Origin: a virus
Length of the DNA stretch: 64,000 nt
Direction: 5' to 3' (one strand)
IMG/VR virus record: IMGVR_UViG_3300047160_018755
Span: 96,001-160,000 of that record
Within the stretch, counting starts at the first letter, position 1. Each line of letters starts with the position of its first letter. Both the position numbers and the translations under genes were made by a program. Positions 44,501-52,928 of the stretch are shown here, in pieces. The notes beneath the pieces were generated by a model. It saw only the letters and a program-made list of their open reading frames with translations. It made no database searches and was not told where the DNA came from.

Positions 44501-45757
44501 CTGCTCGAAGCCCGTGTCGGGGTTGTACATCGGGAAAGAGCCCTTGCGCGTGTGCAAGATGCCCTTTTGCTCGTCGAACACCCACTTGTTGGTCTTCACC
44601 TTCGGCGCAGCGACCGGAACGCCTCGAATCGAGGCCACGGCGAGCTTCACCGGGTTGTCATCGGGCTCCTCGGGCTTCGCAACCTTCGGCGCAGCGACCT
44701 TGCCGGTCTTTTTCGGAGTTTTTGCCGGTTTCGGAGCCGCGGAAACGGGCTTGGGCGCTGCCTTTTTCGGCGTCGCGGCCGGTTTCTTGCCGATCTTGGC
44801 TGCCGGTGTGGCCGAAGGCTCCTTTTTCGCGAGGTGCTGCTTCTTGACGTGGTAGTCCTCGACCACATCCGTGAAGTGATCGATGAAATCGTCGCTCGCC
44901 TCGGGCATCAGCGTCTTCGCGAAGCCGCGGAACTCGCTGCGGTTGAAGACCTCCATGTAGCCGCCCTCGGAGAGCTTCTGGATCAGGTCTCCGGTCGTCC
45001 ACTTCTTCGCCTTGCCGGGCTTCTTCGGGCCGAGATCTTCCTTCTGGAGAGCCGCGCCGCCTTCGAGAGCACTCGGGGCGGCCGAAGCGGTGCCCGCGGC
45101 GAGCGCCTTGCTCAGGTCGTCGACCATCGGGTCTCCGACCGTGCCCCACGAGCTGCCGAGGCGCTGGAACATCGGATCGGTCTCACTCTTCTCGGCGTCG
45201 GAGAAGTCGAGGAGGTCACGCACCTTCGTCTTGACGTGCTTCTTCTCGAATCCCTCGGGCGCGTTCGGATCTTCGATGAGTCCCGACACCGCCGTGCGGT
45301 TGCAGGGCTTCACGGTGACGGCCACGCGACGCACGACGGACTCCGCGAGGCGGTTGTCCTCCTTCTTGAGCGTCGCACCTTCGACCGAGTAGCGGCAGAC
45401 GATGGGCTCGTTGTTCGCGGCGTGATCGCGGATGATGGCGGCGATGCGCTTCGCCTCTTCGTGGCCGGCGCCGTCATACAGACGGCAGACGCCGTAGATG
45501 TACGGAAGTTTGATCTCGTCCCAGTAGCGCCGCTGGCGGTCGTTTTCGCAGTCGTCGCGCTTGTAGATCTTCTTCGCCTTGAGGACGATGCCGACCAGGG
45601 TGGTCGCGCTCTTGTCACCGGGGGTGTGCTCCCAGTTCAGAAGACAGGTGCCCTTCTCGACATCGGAAATGTCAGCGCCCGCGACGTCGAGGACTTCGCC
45701 CGAGGAATCGATGGCCTCGGAACCGAGGACACCGTCAATCATCATGCCGGTTGACAC
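41444..45757 (-). CDS. Prohead protease polyprotein with C-terminal GGDEF diguanylate cyclase domain
   Basis: N-terminal EAIDSSGE...LNWEH...YSVEG...VAVTVKPCN protease; central HhH-like motif; C-terminal DGNDFRAINEKFGHAGGD...RNGGDEF. Confidence 0.85.
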   Translation of the reverse strand: MSTGMMIDGVLGSEAIDSSGEVLDVAGADISDVEKGTCLLNWEHTPGDKSATTLVGIVLKAKKIYKRDDCENDRQRRYWDEIKLPYIYGVCRLYDGAGHEEAKRIAAIIRDHAANNEPIVCRYSVEGATLKKEDNRLAESVVRRVAVTVKPCNRTAVSGLIEDPNAPEGFEKKHVKTKVRDLLDFSDAEKSETDPMFQRLGSSWGTVGDPMVDDLSKALAAGTASAAPSALEGGAALQKEDLGPKKPGKAKKWTTGDLIQKLSEGGYMEVFNRSEFRGFAKTLMPEASDDFIDHFTDVVEDYHVKKQHLAKKEPSATPAAKIGKKPAATPKKAAPKPVSAAPKPAKTPKKTGKVAAPKVAKPEEPDDNPVKLAVASIRGVPVAAPKVKTNKWVFDEQKGILHTRKGSFPMYNPDTGFEQKTHPLAKLSPFYHNGVLHVAPGADMNQIPHNGPNPEFAKMLETPEIKEFIRSKVLPGFVRNKQNLEAKTLPPDIVKIAYLMSAMSPNTPVSVQQLMEGHLYDSWQEHGLDPADPEFRKLRKDWKARDKANNLPKNDTEEYANDKGNFLSSDSEKGGRRKVGDVKSFMLANNKFDNIAQYHKLHPTMMELIQKHGTDARAATAELMQHKVKEIQWKNQRNAFRKKLKAQAAAAGLTDDHKNYVDQKMNEANAAGKFTKKGQAPAEREPGADDDDDAPLPFDPRMLTGNDDTDFNPDEYKEHPSIAKYSASRLTGKRWYRAKFKQEATDAGLQDKLSPFVNRALHEKFPKYEGTPVPGLAPKTGRYAFLLTGGSNAAVHDTHYIRHMFGMDNATDGRTLQYLKTGLWRAGNHHILEAMDRWYAKNHPAPRSIAQDPVAGKHFKDNEDAVGPGFWLHWATIPRDEKARGIDTTASQNELSTHSAMWKQMERVFGSEAPQLKKNAFSDKEPDEHMMGKLVALFLAYQQEFGEIPAMMMYYQHIVPHLYEMAEYREKHDDLSDFAKSMQIENLGIQLRKNVHDMQVAKISDPNVPTVHSVFFKDKDHGNTEHLAGRFVLHQGQVHHLEDYHGLIGATLPEGPLTIQGLTKLHGLKMSPHVRVEVETMDGQNDKFREHAHPEKMQNNARLPRPPSVFEYKRAGHDKPHTLEVKDGHYLLDGEKLSQPEVQKILENHKSGAAKISYKAKQKSQFDSVMKAEAAFESLMKADPAEMEPHELVRHIRDAEARGAMPKGSGDIATKHFFSDPMVPGLGNKLAFTDHLKQNPGGKTGAYIQMDGNDFRAINEKFGHAGGDSAIKAFGNAAREAMDETVGKENGKLWRNGGDEFIAHVPSHEHAAQFHRALSDKLNSLAPLGGQHKMSMSFGFGPDPASADLALYKAKEQKVAQPSAMRQMGKKLGIMGDKRQYKVGQVPNLAHSLMPGHEGPLPIHDAGQHAVHQTVTPASPTVATALPKPPKTPKAAA

Positions 45758-45937
45758 CCCCAGAAGATTGTGGTAGCCTGATCCTAAATGCCCACTCTCA
45801 CCGAGGAAGATCCCGAATACCCATCGAAGGTTGCGGAGTTTTGCGCCAAGAACGGCCTGAAGGAGCTACCCTTCGGCTTCATCGTCGCCCACGGCCACTT
45901 GGTGGCCACCACGTCGGTCGCCGAGCGCCGAGAGCAC

Positions 45938-46690
45938 TCAGCCGCGCTGAGCCCGGTACTCGTCGTGGTCGAGGGAGACGAACTTGATCATCCCAGCCCC
46001 GTCGAACCCGTACCCGCGGGCCATGCCGGTGAGGCTGCACCGACAGTGGGGGTGCAGGCCGCTGACGCTGGGAGTGTCGGTGCCGCGGTCATGGTATCCG
46101 GTTGACACCTCGGACATCTTGAACACCCGGGGCGTCTTCCCGTCCGGGAGGAGATGGACCCTCTTGCACTCTTTGCAGAGGTCATTGTCCCGTACGGGAA
46201 TGAAGAACACGTACGGGTCCTCGTTGCCGATGACGTCACCTGCACGAGCAACACCTTCGAGGGTCGCCATGTTCCGCGCGGTCGTGCCCTCGGTGTCCAC
46301 GATCGAAACGACCGCAGCTGTGGTCTGATCCCACACCGGCTCCAGCTCGCTCATGAGGACGTCTTCGAGCGGCGCCTCCGGGTCCTTGTTCAGGGCCGTA
46401 TGCACAGCGTGGACGACGCGAGCCTTCGTCCTCTCCGCTTCCGCGTCGAGGTAGCCCTCCGCAATGACCGTCAGGTTGTGGAGCATCTTCTCGTTCGGCT
46501 CCATCGCCTCTTCAGCGGCGGCCGAGCGGTAGAGACCGGGCAGTGAGTAGCGCTTGATGTGCTTCTTGACGTCCGCCTCGTCCTTGAAGTAGCCCGGACC
46601 GAGGACGCGACCTTTGATGCGAGTGAAGACCCTGTCGACCGTGGTGTGGATCAGCCGCAGTGCTCGCTTCGTGAGAGTGAGCAGAGGCAT
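45938..46690 (-). CDS. MuF/SPP1 gp7-like head morphogenesis protein
   Basis: DTEG..ARN...DNDLCKEC...GLHPHCRC; follows portal. Confidence 0.8.
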   Translation of the reverse strand: MPLLTLTKRALRLIHTTVDRVFTRIKGRVLGPGYFKDEADVKKHIKRYSLPGLYRSAAAEEAMEPNEKMLHNLTVIAEGYLDAEAERTKARVVHAVHTALNKDPEAPLEDVLMSELEPVWDQTTAAVVSIVDTEGTTARNMATLEGVARAGDVIGNEDPYVFFIPVRDNDLCKECKRVHLLPDGKTPRVFKMSEVSTGYHDRGTDTPSVSGLHPHCRCSLTGMARGYGFDGAGMIKFVSLDHDEYRAQRG

Positions 46691-48837
46691 TAGCTCTTCC
46701 TAATGCGGGCGGCCTCTTCCAGGATTTCCTTGCTGGCGTCCTTGAGGTCTTCCTTGAGGCCGTCACGCAGGCGGTCGATCATCACGCGGTGCTGGGCGAC
46801 GAGCTTGCGGCGCGAAGGCGGCAGGTCCGCCTCAGCCTTCGAGAGAACGTGGAGGGCCTGGTCGATCGAACGGCTCAGGTCCTGGCCGGGCGGGTTCTGC
46901 TCCTGCTGGAGCTTCGTCGCGCCACCGGCCTCGGGCGCGGACTGGCCACCGGCCGCGTCCTGCGCCGCGGCTTGCGGGTCACCGCCCTGCCCCGGAGGGC
47001 CGCTGTCACCGCCATCGTCGCCACCGCCCTTGTCGGCACCGTCACCGCCACCTTCGTCGGCCGCGGCTCCGCCCGGCTGCTGCGCCTGCTGAGCCTGCGC
47101 GTCCGCCTGCTGCTGCGCCTGCGCGACCTGGATGTTCTGGAAGTAGAACGGATCGCGGATGTAGTGGAGCTGCGGGTCACGCGGGAGACCGAAGAAGTGC
47201 TCTCGGATCTCGTCGACGTAGAGGAACTTGTCCTGGATGGCCTGGAGCTGCGGGTTGAGCGGGAAGTCGCCGCCCCATGCCTTGCCGATGATGGGCTTCT
47301 CCACCTTCTGCATGACCTGGTCGTAGGTCATGTGGACCGGCATGTCCTGCTGGAGACGCGTCGACTCCTTCTCTTCGGTGTCAGCGTCGAGGCCCTTGAA
47401 GCGGAACGAGCAGAGCTTGGCGAGGCTCGGGTCGATGAGCGGGAAGATGACCGCGTTGATGAAGTCCTCGAACTGCGTCATGATCGGGCGGATGCCCTGG
47501 TCACGCGCCGCCTCCAGGCGGTACTCGTTGTTCGACTCGGAGAGAGACTGGTTGTTCGTGCCGCGCGAGAGGTACGCCCAGCCCGGCAGCTCGTCCGGCG
47601 ACATCTGGAACGCGGAGAGGATGACACGCGCGTTCATGTCGGTGAGGTACTGGAATTCGGCGTCGCGCGACGAGTTGTCGATCGACTGCCACTCGATGTC
47701 GTCCTTCGTGCCGACCGAGAACACGGGCATGCGCCACGCGTTGTTCACGCTGTTGATGCTCGCGTTGAACTGCTGCTTCACCTGGTGCAGCGTCGTCTGG
47801 TCGACGTCGTCCGACTTGAAGACGAGCATGCCGTGCGAGGCGCGACCCGTCTGGAAGTAGAGCTTGTTGTGCGTGGTGATGTTGATGTGCGTCGTCACCG
47901 CGCTGATCATCGTGTCGATCGGCGTGACGGGGTACCCATCCAGCTCGACGTCGACGACCGGGTAGAAGTTGTGGACGCGCATCTCGTCGTCCGTGAAGGC
48001 CTGCACGGGGCGACCGTCGATCACTTGGATCCAGGCGTACTCGCCCTTCTCGAACTTCGACTCGTCGATGTTGCTCTTGACCCTCTCCGAGTCGTTGCCG
48101 TGCTGGAGGTCCTTGAGCATCTTGACGGCCTGCTCGCGGAGAGCCTGCGCGTGCGTGCGCTGCGGGGCAGCCTTGAAGATCGTGCCGACGTCGGTCGGAC
48201 GGAAGTGGTGGAACTTCTTCTCCGCGCCCAGCTGGTCCTGGTACACGATTTCGACCGCGATGCGTCCCAGGCCGACCGCGTTGCGCGTGGCCATCTGGAT
48301 GAACTGCGCGAAGGAGAGGTGGTCCTTCTTGTCGACGCCATCGGTGCTGCCGCACGTCCAGAACTTCTGGACCGCCTCCTGCTTGCGAGTGTCCAGCTCC
48401 TTCAGCTCGGCCGGAGTGAGGCGTTCTTTGACGCCGACGTTCGGCTCGATCACGTAGCCGGTGGCGAAGCGGTCCGGACGGGGGCGACCAAACGACCCCA
48501 TCTGCGTCTCGCGAGCGCGGATGATGGCGGCGACGAGGTCGTCCTGGATGATGATGCGCTTGAGGAGCGAGTCGGGGAGGAGCTTGACCTTCGCGCGGTA
48601 GACCGACTGGTACTGGTTGACCAGGTTGGGGTCAGTCTCGAACGCGAGGCGCTCGACCGATTCCTTCGGCCCGTTCAGGAGGTCGAGGATCGACTTCGCG
48701 AGCGTGTCGGGAGCTTCCTTCTTCTCGCCGGGCTCCTCGATCGCAAAACGAATGGTCGCCGGACGCTTGGGCAGCGCCGCCATCGATTCGTCAAACGACT
48801 TGACGAGCGAAGCTCCTGCGATGGGCAAGTTCGCCAT
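46690..48837 (-). CDS. Portal protein
   Basis: NKLYFQTGRASHG, IEW...DAEFQY, FQMSPDEL, GIRPIM, HMTYDQV; between terminase and MuF. Confidence 0.88.
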   Translation of the reverse strand: MANLPIAGASLVKSFDESMAALPKRPATIRFAIEEPGEKKEAPDTLAKSILDLLNGPKESVERLAFETDPNLVNQYQSVYRAKVKLLPDSLLKRIIIQDDLVAAIIRARETQMGSFGRPRPDRFATGYVIEPNVGVKERLTPAELKELDTRKQEAVQKFWTCGSTDGVDKKDHLSFAQFIQMATRNAVGLGRIAVEIVYQDQLGAEKKFHHFRPTDVGTIFKAAPQRTHAQALREQAVKMLKDLQHGNDSERVKSNIDESKFEKGEYAWIQVIDGRPVQAFTDDEMRVHNFYPVVDVELDGYPVTPIDTMISAVTTHINITTHNKLYFQTGRASHGMLVFKSDDVDQTTLHQVKQQFNASINSVNNAWRMPVFSVGTKDDIEWQSIDNSSRDAEFQYLTDMNARVILSAFQMSPDELPGWAYLSRGTNNQSLSESNNEYRLEAARDQGIRPIMTQFEDFINAVIFPLIDPSLAKLCSFRFKGLDADTEEKESTRLQQDMPVHMTYDQVMQKVEKPIIGKAWGGDFPLNPQLQAIQDKFLYVDEIREHFFGLPRDPQLHYIRDPFYFQNIQVAQAQQQADAQAQQAQQPGGAAADEGGGDGADKGGGDDGGDSGPPGQGGDPQAAAQDAAGGQSAPEAGGATKLQQEQNPPGQDLSRSIDQALHVLSKAEADLPPSRRKLVAQHRVMIDRLRDGLKEDLKDASKEILEEAARIRKS

Positions 48838-48840
48838 CGG

Positions 48841-49833
48841 TTACTCCGCAGACGCAACCTTGACGGTCGCGCGCGCAGTCGAACGGTTGAGGATCGTCAG
48901 GCTCCAGACGCTGCCCCACTTGGTCGACGAGCCTTCCATGCCCGGAGTGCCGGCGAGGAGCGGTTCGACGCGGTTGTAGGTCCCCGTGTCGCCGTTGAAC
49001 TGCAACACGATCGACTGATCCGTGCGGATGCCGATGAAGCGCTTGCGCGCGGTGTAGATCGCGATGCCAGCGGTGGTCGGGAGGATGTCCGACTGAGGAC
49101 CGAGCGGAGACGTCGAGAAAAACTCGATCCACCGCGGCGTCACCATCGTGATGTCGTACGAGTTGAGCGCGGAGGCGGCGAAGCCAGCCGAGAGGTCGAC
49201 CGTGTCGCCGATCTGAACGCCCGTGGCCGAGAAGGCCTGGAAGTCGGTCGACGCGACAGGCGTCACAACCTCGCTGATGCCTTCCCAGACCGCGTCGGGG
49301 TCACGACCGAGGACGATGACGCTGGAGCTGACGACCGTGAGGACGGTCCAGAGGCCCGCGTTCAGGTCGTTGAACGGACCCGCGGGATCGCCCGTCTTGA
49401 CGCCGGGGATGAAGACCTGATCGCCAGCAACCACGCTGGCGAAGGGAGTGCCCGAGCCCGCCGTCACCTGGAGGGCCAAGTTCGGCAGCACCGCGAGAGT
49501 GAGGACGATGCTGGAGCAGTCCGCGCCGCGGTCGGTCCTGAATCCGGGAGGGTTGCCGGCGAAGTGCGTGAGCCGGTAGGTGTTCAGCGTCGTCGGGTTG
49601 ATCGAGAGGTTGAACGCGGTGTTGTTGTTGATGGTCGTGTTGCGCGTTCCGTTGAAAACCGTGACGCTCGCACCGGGGTCGACCTGGATCGAGCGCGTTT
49701 CCGGGTTGTCGACCGGAATGTTCGCCTGCGTGATCGAATAGTCGATCGGACTCGACGTCGGATTACTGGTCGGGGGAACGTCGTCGTACCCGAGGACTTT
49801 GAGGAGGAGAGTGAATGCCGACATGGTCTTCAA
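48841..49833 (-). CDS. Beta-rich virion protein of unknown function
   Basis: Thr/Val/Gly-rich; late motif upstream. Confidence 0.6.
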   Translation of the reverse strand: MKTMSAFTLLLKVLGYDDVPPTSNPTSSPIDYSITQANIPVDNPETRSIQVDPGASVTVFNGTRNTTINNNTAFNLSINPTTLNTYRLTHFAGNPPGFRTDRGADCSSIVLTLAVLPNLALQVTAGSGTPFASVVAGDQVFIPGVKTGDPAGPFNDLNAGLWTVLTVVSSSVIVLGRDPDAVWEGISEVVTPVASTDFQAFSATGVQIGDTVDLSAGFAASALNSYDITMVTPRWIEFFSTSPLGPQSDILPTTAGIAIYTARKRFIGIRTDQSIVLQFNGDTGTYNRVEPLLAGTPGMEGSSTKWGSVWSLTILNRSTARATVKVASAE

Positions 49834-49848
49834 CCCTCAAGATTGCGG

Positions 49849-51780
49849 CTAGATAACCCAGCCAAAACGGCCCCGGCGGCCCGAAGAACCGGCACTACCC
49901 TCGGAAAGGCCTCCGCGCTCCTCGATGACCTTCGACATCCAGTTCTCGACGGTGTAGACGTGCGGCGGATGGGTCGGGGCCGGGGCTGGGGAATCGCCAG
50001 CGACCGCCGGGCGACCCTTTTCGGCCCCGAAAACGTTCATGATCGCGTAACGAAGGGCATCGCACTCGTCGTCCTCGACCTCGGTGGGCCTGTCCGTCAC
50101 CCTTTCGGCCGCGTCCGTGATCCAGTGGTACTTCATGAGGCGCTTGACGAGCAGCTCGACGCCTGGGTCTCCCGCCAAGAAGTAGAGCAGGGGCTCGGTC
50201 ATGGGCGGCTGGAGCTTCAGCTGGACGGCGCTGATGCCGCCGACCACCGTGCCGGCGACCTTCTGCCACTCTCGCATGCGGAACCCGGCGCGGCGGAGCA
50301 CCGCGATCATTTGCTTGTTCTCCATGTCGGGGAAGATGACCGGGTTCCAGTCCCTGATGCGCTTGTTGCAGACGTCGACCATCTGGTCAGGAAGCAGCTC
50401 GGGCTCGGCGATGACGTCGACCACAAACGCACGGTAGCCGTCGCAGAAGATGGTGACCACGGCGAAGTTGTGCGCGTAGCCGAAGTCCATGCCCGCGTAG
50501 CAGAGCATGTCGCGCTGGCGCATGATGTCGATCAGGCCCTTCTTGTCCATCCGCGGGTCGACCGGGAAGCCCAAGATCATCTCCGCCATCTGCGCCGCGG
50601 TGATGACGTGCTTGTCGCGCGAGAAGTTCGGATAGACCAAGCCCTCGGTCGACGGCTGCTTGCAGAGCAGCTGCGCGAGGACGTAGTCGATCGGCGCGTT
50701 CATCATGTTCGCGACGTGGTTGATGGGCTTGAGCAGCTCCGACTTCGACTTCTGGTGCGTCGCGAGACGGCCGTGGCACGCAGCGAAGATCTTGCAGTTC
50801 TTCAGGCAGCCGACGAAGCCTTCCTCCTTGGTGAACTTCGCCTGCTCGGGCTCGGTGAGACCCTTCCACTTCGCCTCGCCGATGGCCTGGAGGCGCTTGG
50901 GGTCAACGTAGATCGGGATCTTGCCCTGCTCGGGCAGGTGGCGCTCCGGCGGGCAGGCGCGAGTGACGTCGAGGATGTTCCAGTGGCGGACGTGGAGCCT
51001 GATCTCACCCGTCTCCTGGTCGACGGCCTCATCAATCTCGCGCTGCACGAGGCCGGTGGAGATTTTGCGCGTCGACGTGAGCACCGTGGTGGGCATCCAG
51101 CCGTTGATAGGCGCCGGGATGAACTTCGCCTCCTGGTACGCGCGCTCGTTCGTAACGACGTCGACCTCGTCCACGACGAAGAACGGCACGTGCTCAGAGT
51201 TGGCGCCAGCCGGGGTGCAGATGACGATCTTGATGTAGTTGCGAACCTCCTCCCACTGCGCGTCACGCAGCTCTGGCGACAGAGCCCTGAACCTCGACTC
51301 GGAGAAGCTCTCTCCCGTCTCCGGGTGGATGTAGCGGGCAAATTCGACGCGGCGGACGTTGTCGCCGGAGACGAAGTCACGGAGGATGGGCTTGCTGAAA
51401 AACTTCTTGACGTACTCTTGGCTCTTCTCCGATTGCGGCTCGATGGCGGCCATGTGCGCGACGTTGCGGCGCAGGTGGACGACGGCCAGAACCTCCAGCA
51501 TTGCGGCGCAGAGGGTCTTGAAGGAGTCGCGAGACGCGTAGTACATGACGCGCGCGAAGGTGGGGTCGTTGTTGTACAGCGCCTTCGAGTAGCACTCCCA
51601 GAGCATGTCCATGGGCGTACTCGTCGAGTCGGGGTCGACGATGCAGTCGGGCACGTCGAACTCGAAGAAGAGCCGGATCCACTTGTGGAGGGCGTCGCGT
51701 GTCGTGCACGGCACGAAGGCGATCTTGCGCTTGAGGGCAAGGATCTCTTCCGGCGACTTGGGCTTCTTAGCTTCAGCCAC
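49849..51780 (-). CDS. Terminase large subunit
   Basis: ASRDSFKT Walker A-like, FVVDEVD Walker B, GMDFG and DDECDALRY nuclease motifs. Confidence 0.88.
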   Translation of the reverse strand: MAEAKKPKSPEEILALKRKIAFVPCTTRDALHKWIRLFFEFDVPDCIVDPDSTSTPMDMLWECYSKALYNNDPTFARVMYYASRDSFKTLCAAMLEVLAVVHLRRNVAHMAAIEPQSEKSQEYVKKFFSKPILRDFVSGDNVRRVEFARYIHPETGESFSESRFRALSPELRDAQWEEVRNYIKIVICTPAGANSEHVPFFVVDEVDVVTNERAYQEAKFIPAPINGWMPTTVLTSTRKISTGLVQREIDEAVDQETGEIRLHVRHWNILDVTRACPPERHLPEQGKIPIYVDPKRLQAIGEAKWKGLTEPEQAKFTKEEGFVGCLKNCKIFAACHGRLATHQKSKSELLKPINHVANMMNAPIDYVLAQLLCKQPSTEGLVYPNFSRDKHVITAAQMAEMILGFPVDPRMDKKGLIDIMRQRDMLCYAGMDFGYAHNFAVVTIFCDGYRAFVVDVIAEPELLPDQMVDVCNKRIRDWNPVIFPDMENKQMIAVLRRAGFRMREWQKVAGTVVGGISAVQLKLQPPMTEPLLYFLAGDPGVELLVKRLMKYHWITDAAERVTDRPTEVEDDECDALRYAIMNVFGAEKGRPAVAGDSPAPAPTHPPHVYTVENWMSKVIEERGGLSEGSAGSSGRRGRFGWVI

Positions 51781-52522
51781 GGACCAGCTCCTCCGCCTTG
51801 GTGCGGTCCATGCCACCCTTCACGAGGAATTCGATCTTCTCCTCGGGCGTCTCGGGAGGCGCTGCGATCTGTTTCGGCGGCTCCGTGACCTCGGCGTCGA
51901 TGATGTCCTCGGCCAGGAGGTCATCCATGATGTTCGTCGCCTCTTCCGCGGACACCTTCTGAGCGACGTGCTGGATCTGACCGGTGTGCTTGACCTCGAC
52001 CTTCTTCGCGTCCGTTCCGGACGCCTTCATGTACAGCTCGGTCAGGTCGCGCAGCTCCTTCATGTTCTTCGGGAGCGGGACGCCGTTGAGGTGTGACTCG
52101 TCGCCCGTCGCGATGTAGCGCTTGAGGGCATCGTTGTGCTTCATCTGCGAAGCACGGAGAAGGTTGGCGAGGAAGTCCTGCGTCTCCAGCTGGACCGTCT
52201 CGACCTTGGTGGGGACCTCGCTCTTGAGCGTCGCGACGGCGTCACCCTTGCGCTCGTCCCACTGCCACATCACGCGGGCGGCAACGATCTGGCCCAGGCT
52301 GAAATGCGGGAAGAGGCGCCGCAGCTCTTCGCAGCCGTTGCCGGCCTTGTAGAGCTTGAACAGCTCCTCCTGGTTCTGCTCCGGGATGCCGCGGACCTCG
52401 TTGTTGACGAAGTACTTGTACGCGGCTCGTTCGCGGTCGGAAAGCGCCTTGATGGCCGTCGCGAGACGGACCTCCTTGTCGCTACTTGTCTGAAGCTCCT
52501 TGCTTGGCTGCGGCGTCGGCAT
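51773..52522 (-). CDS. Probable terminase small subunit
   Basis: N-terminal HTH-like region, KKVEVKHTG-type tail; directly upstream of terL. Confidence 0.6.
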   Translation of the reverse strand: MPTPQPSKELQTSSDKEVRLATAIKALSDRERAAYKYFVNNEVRGIPEQNQEELFKLYKAGNGCEELRRLFPHFSLGQIVAARVMWQWDERKGDAVATLKSEVPTKVETVQLETQDFLANLLRASQMKHNDALKRYIATGDESHLNGVPLPKNMKELRDLTELYMKASGTDAKKVEVKHTGQIQHVAQKVSAEEATNIMDDLLAEDIIDAEVTEPPKQIAAPPETPEEKIEFLVKGGMDRTKAEELVRG

Positions 52523-52928
52523 CTTTGAGTCTCTGGATCGTCCTGGCAAGGTCCTTCTTTGCGCGGGGCCTTCCCTGTCCCTCAAAGATTACTTCGCCAT
52601 CGACCAAAACCCTCGTTTTCCAATGCCTTCCGAGCAAACTCTTCACGGAACGGTCGAGGCCGTCCAAGATCTCGTTGAACTGCTCATGGGGCTCGGCGTT
52701 GACCTCGGTCCCGCGGACCTCGACACACGGAGGCTGTCCAAGGAGGAGAGCGTCCTCGTCCGAGAAGACCTCGGGAATGAGGGCGACCTCGACATGCTTC
52801 ACGTGCTGGAGGGTGAGATTCCCCCAGAACTTGAGCTGGTAGACCTGGGCCTCGTGGACGACCCCGGTGTTCTCCGTGACGGTGCGGAGCGCCTTGAGCT
52901 GCTCCCAGATCGTGTTGTTCTCGTTCAT
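52482..52928 (-). CDS. Hypothetical protein
   Basis: ATGA coupling. Confidence 0.55.
   Translation of the reverse strand: MNENNTIWEQLKALRTVTENTGVVHEAQVYQLKFWGNLTLQHVKHVEVALIPEVFSDEDALLLGQPPCVEVRGTEVNAEPHEQFNEILDGLDRSVKSLLGRHWKTRVLVDGEVIFEGQGRPRAKKDLARTIQRLKDADAAAKQGASDK

Noticed and set aside
45788-46105. Plus-strand ORF with an ASCH-like fragment (LPFGFIVAHGHLV)
   Set aside because: Only a short resemblance, lacks the N-terminal ASCH motif, and half of it is antisense to the MuF gene; at best a remnant
46789-51888. 1699-aa plus-strand ORF (also 41762..45754, 38148..41015, 14053..15999)
   Set aside because: Antisense shadows of portal/terminase, protease, capsid and sheath genes, produced by strong GC3 bias; Arg/Val/Leu-rich with no motifs
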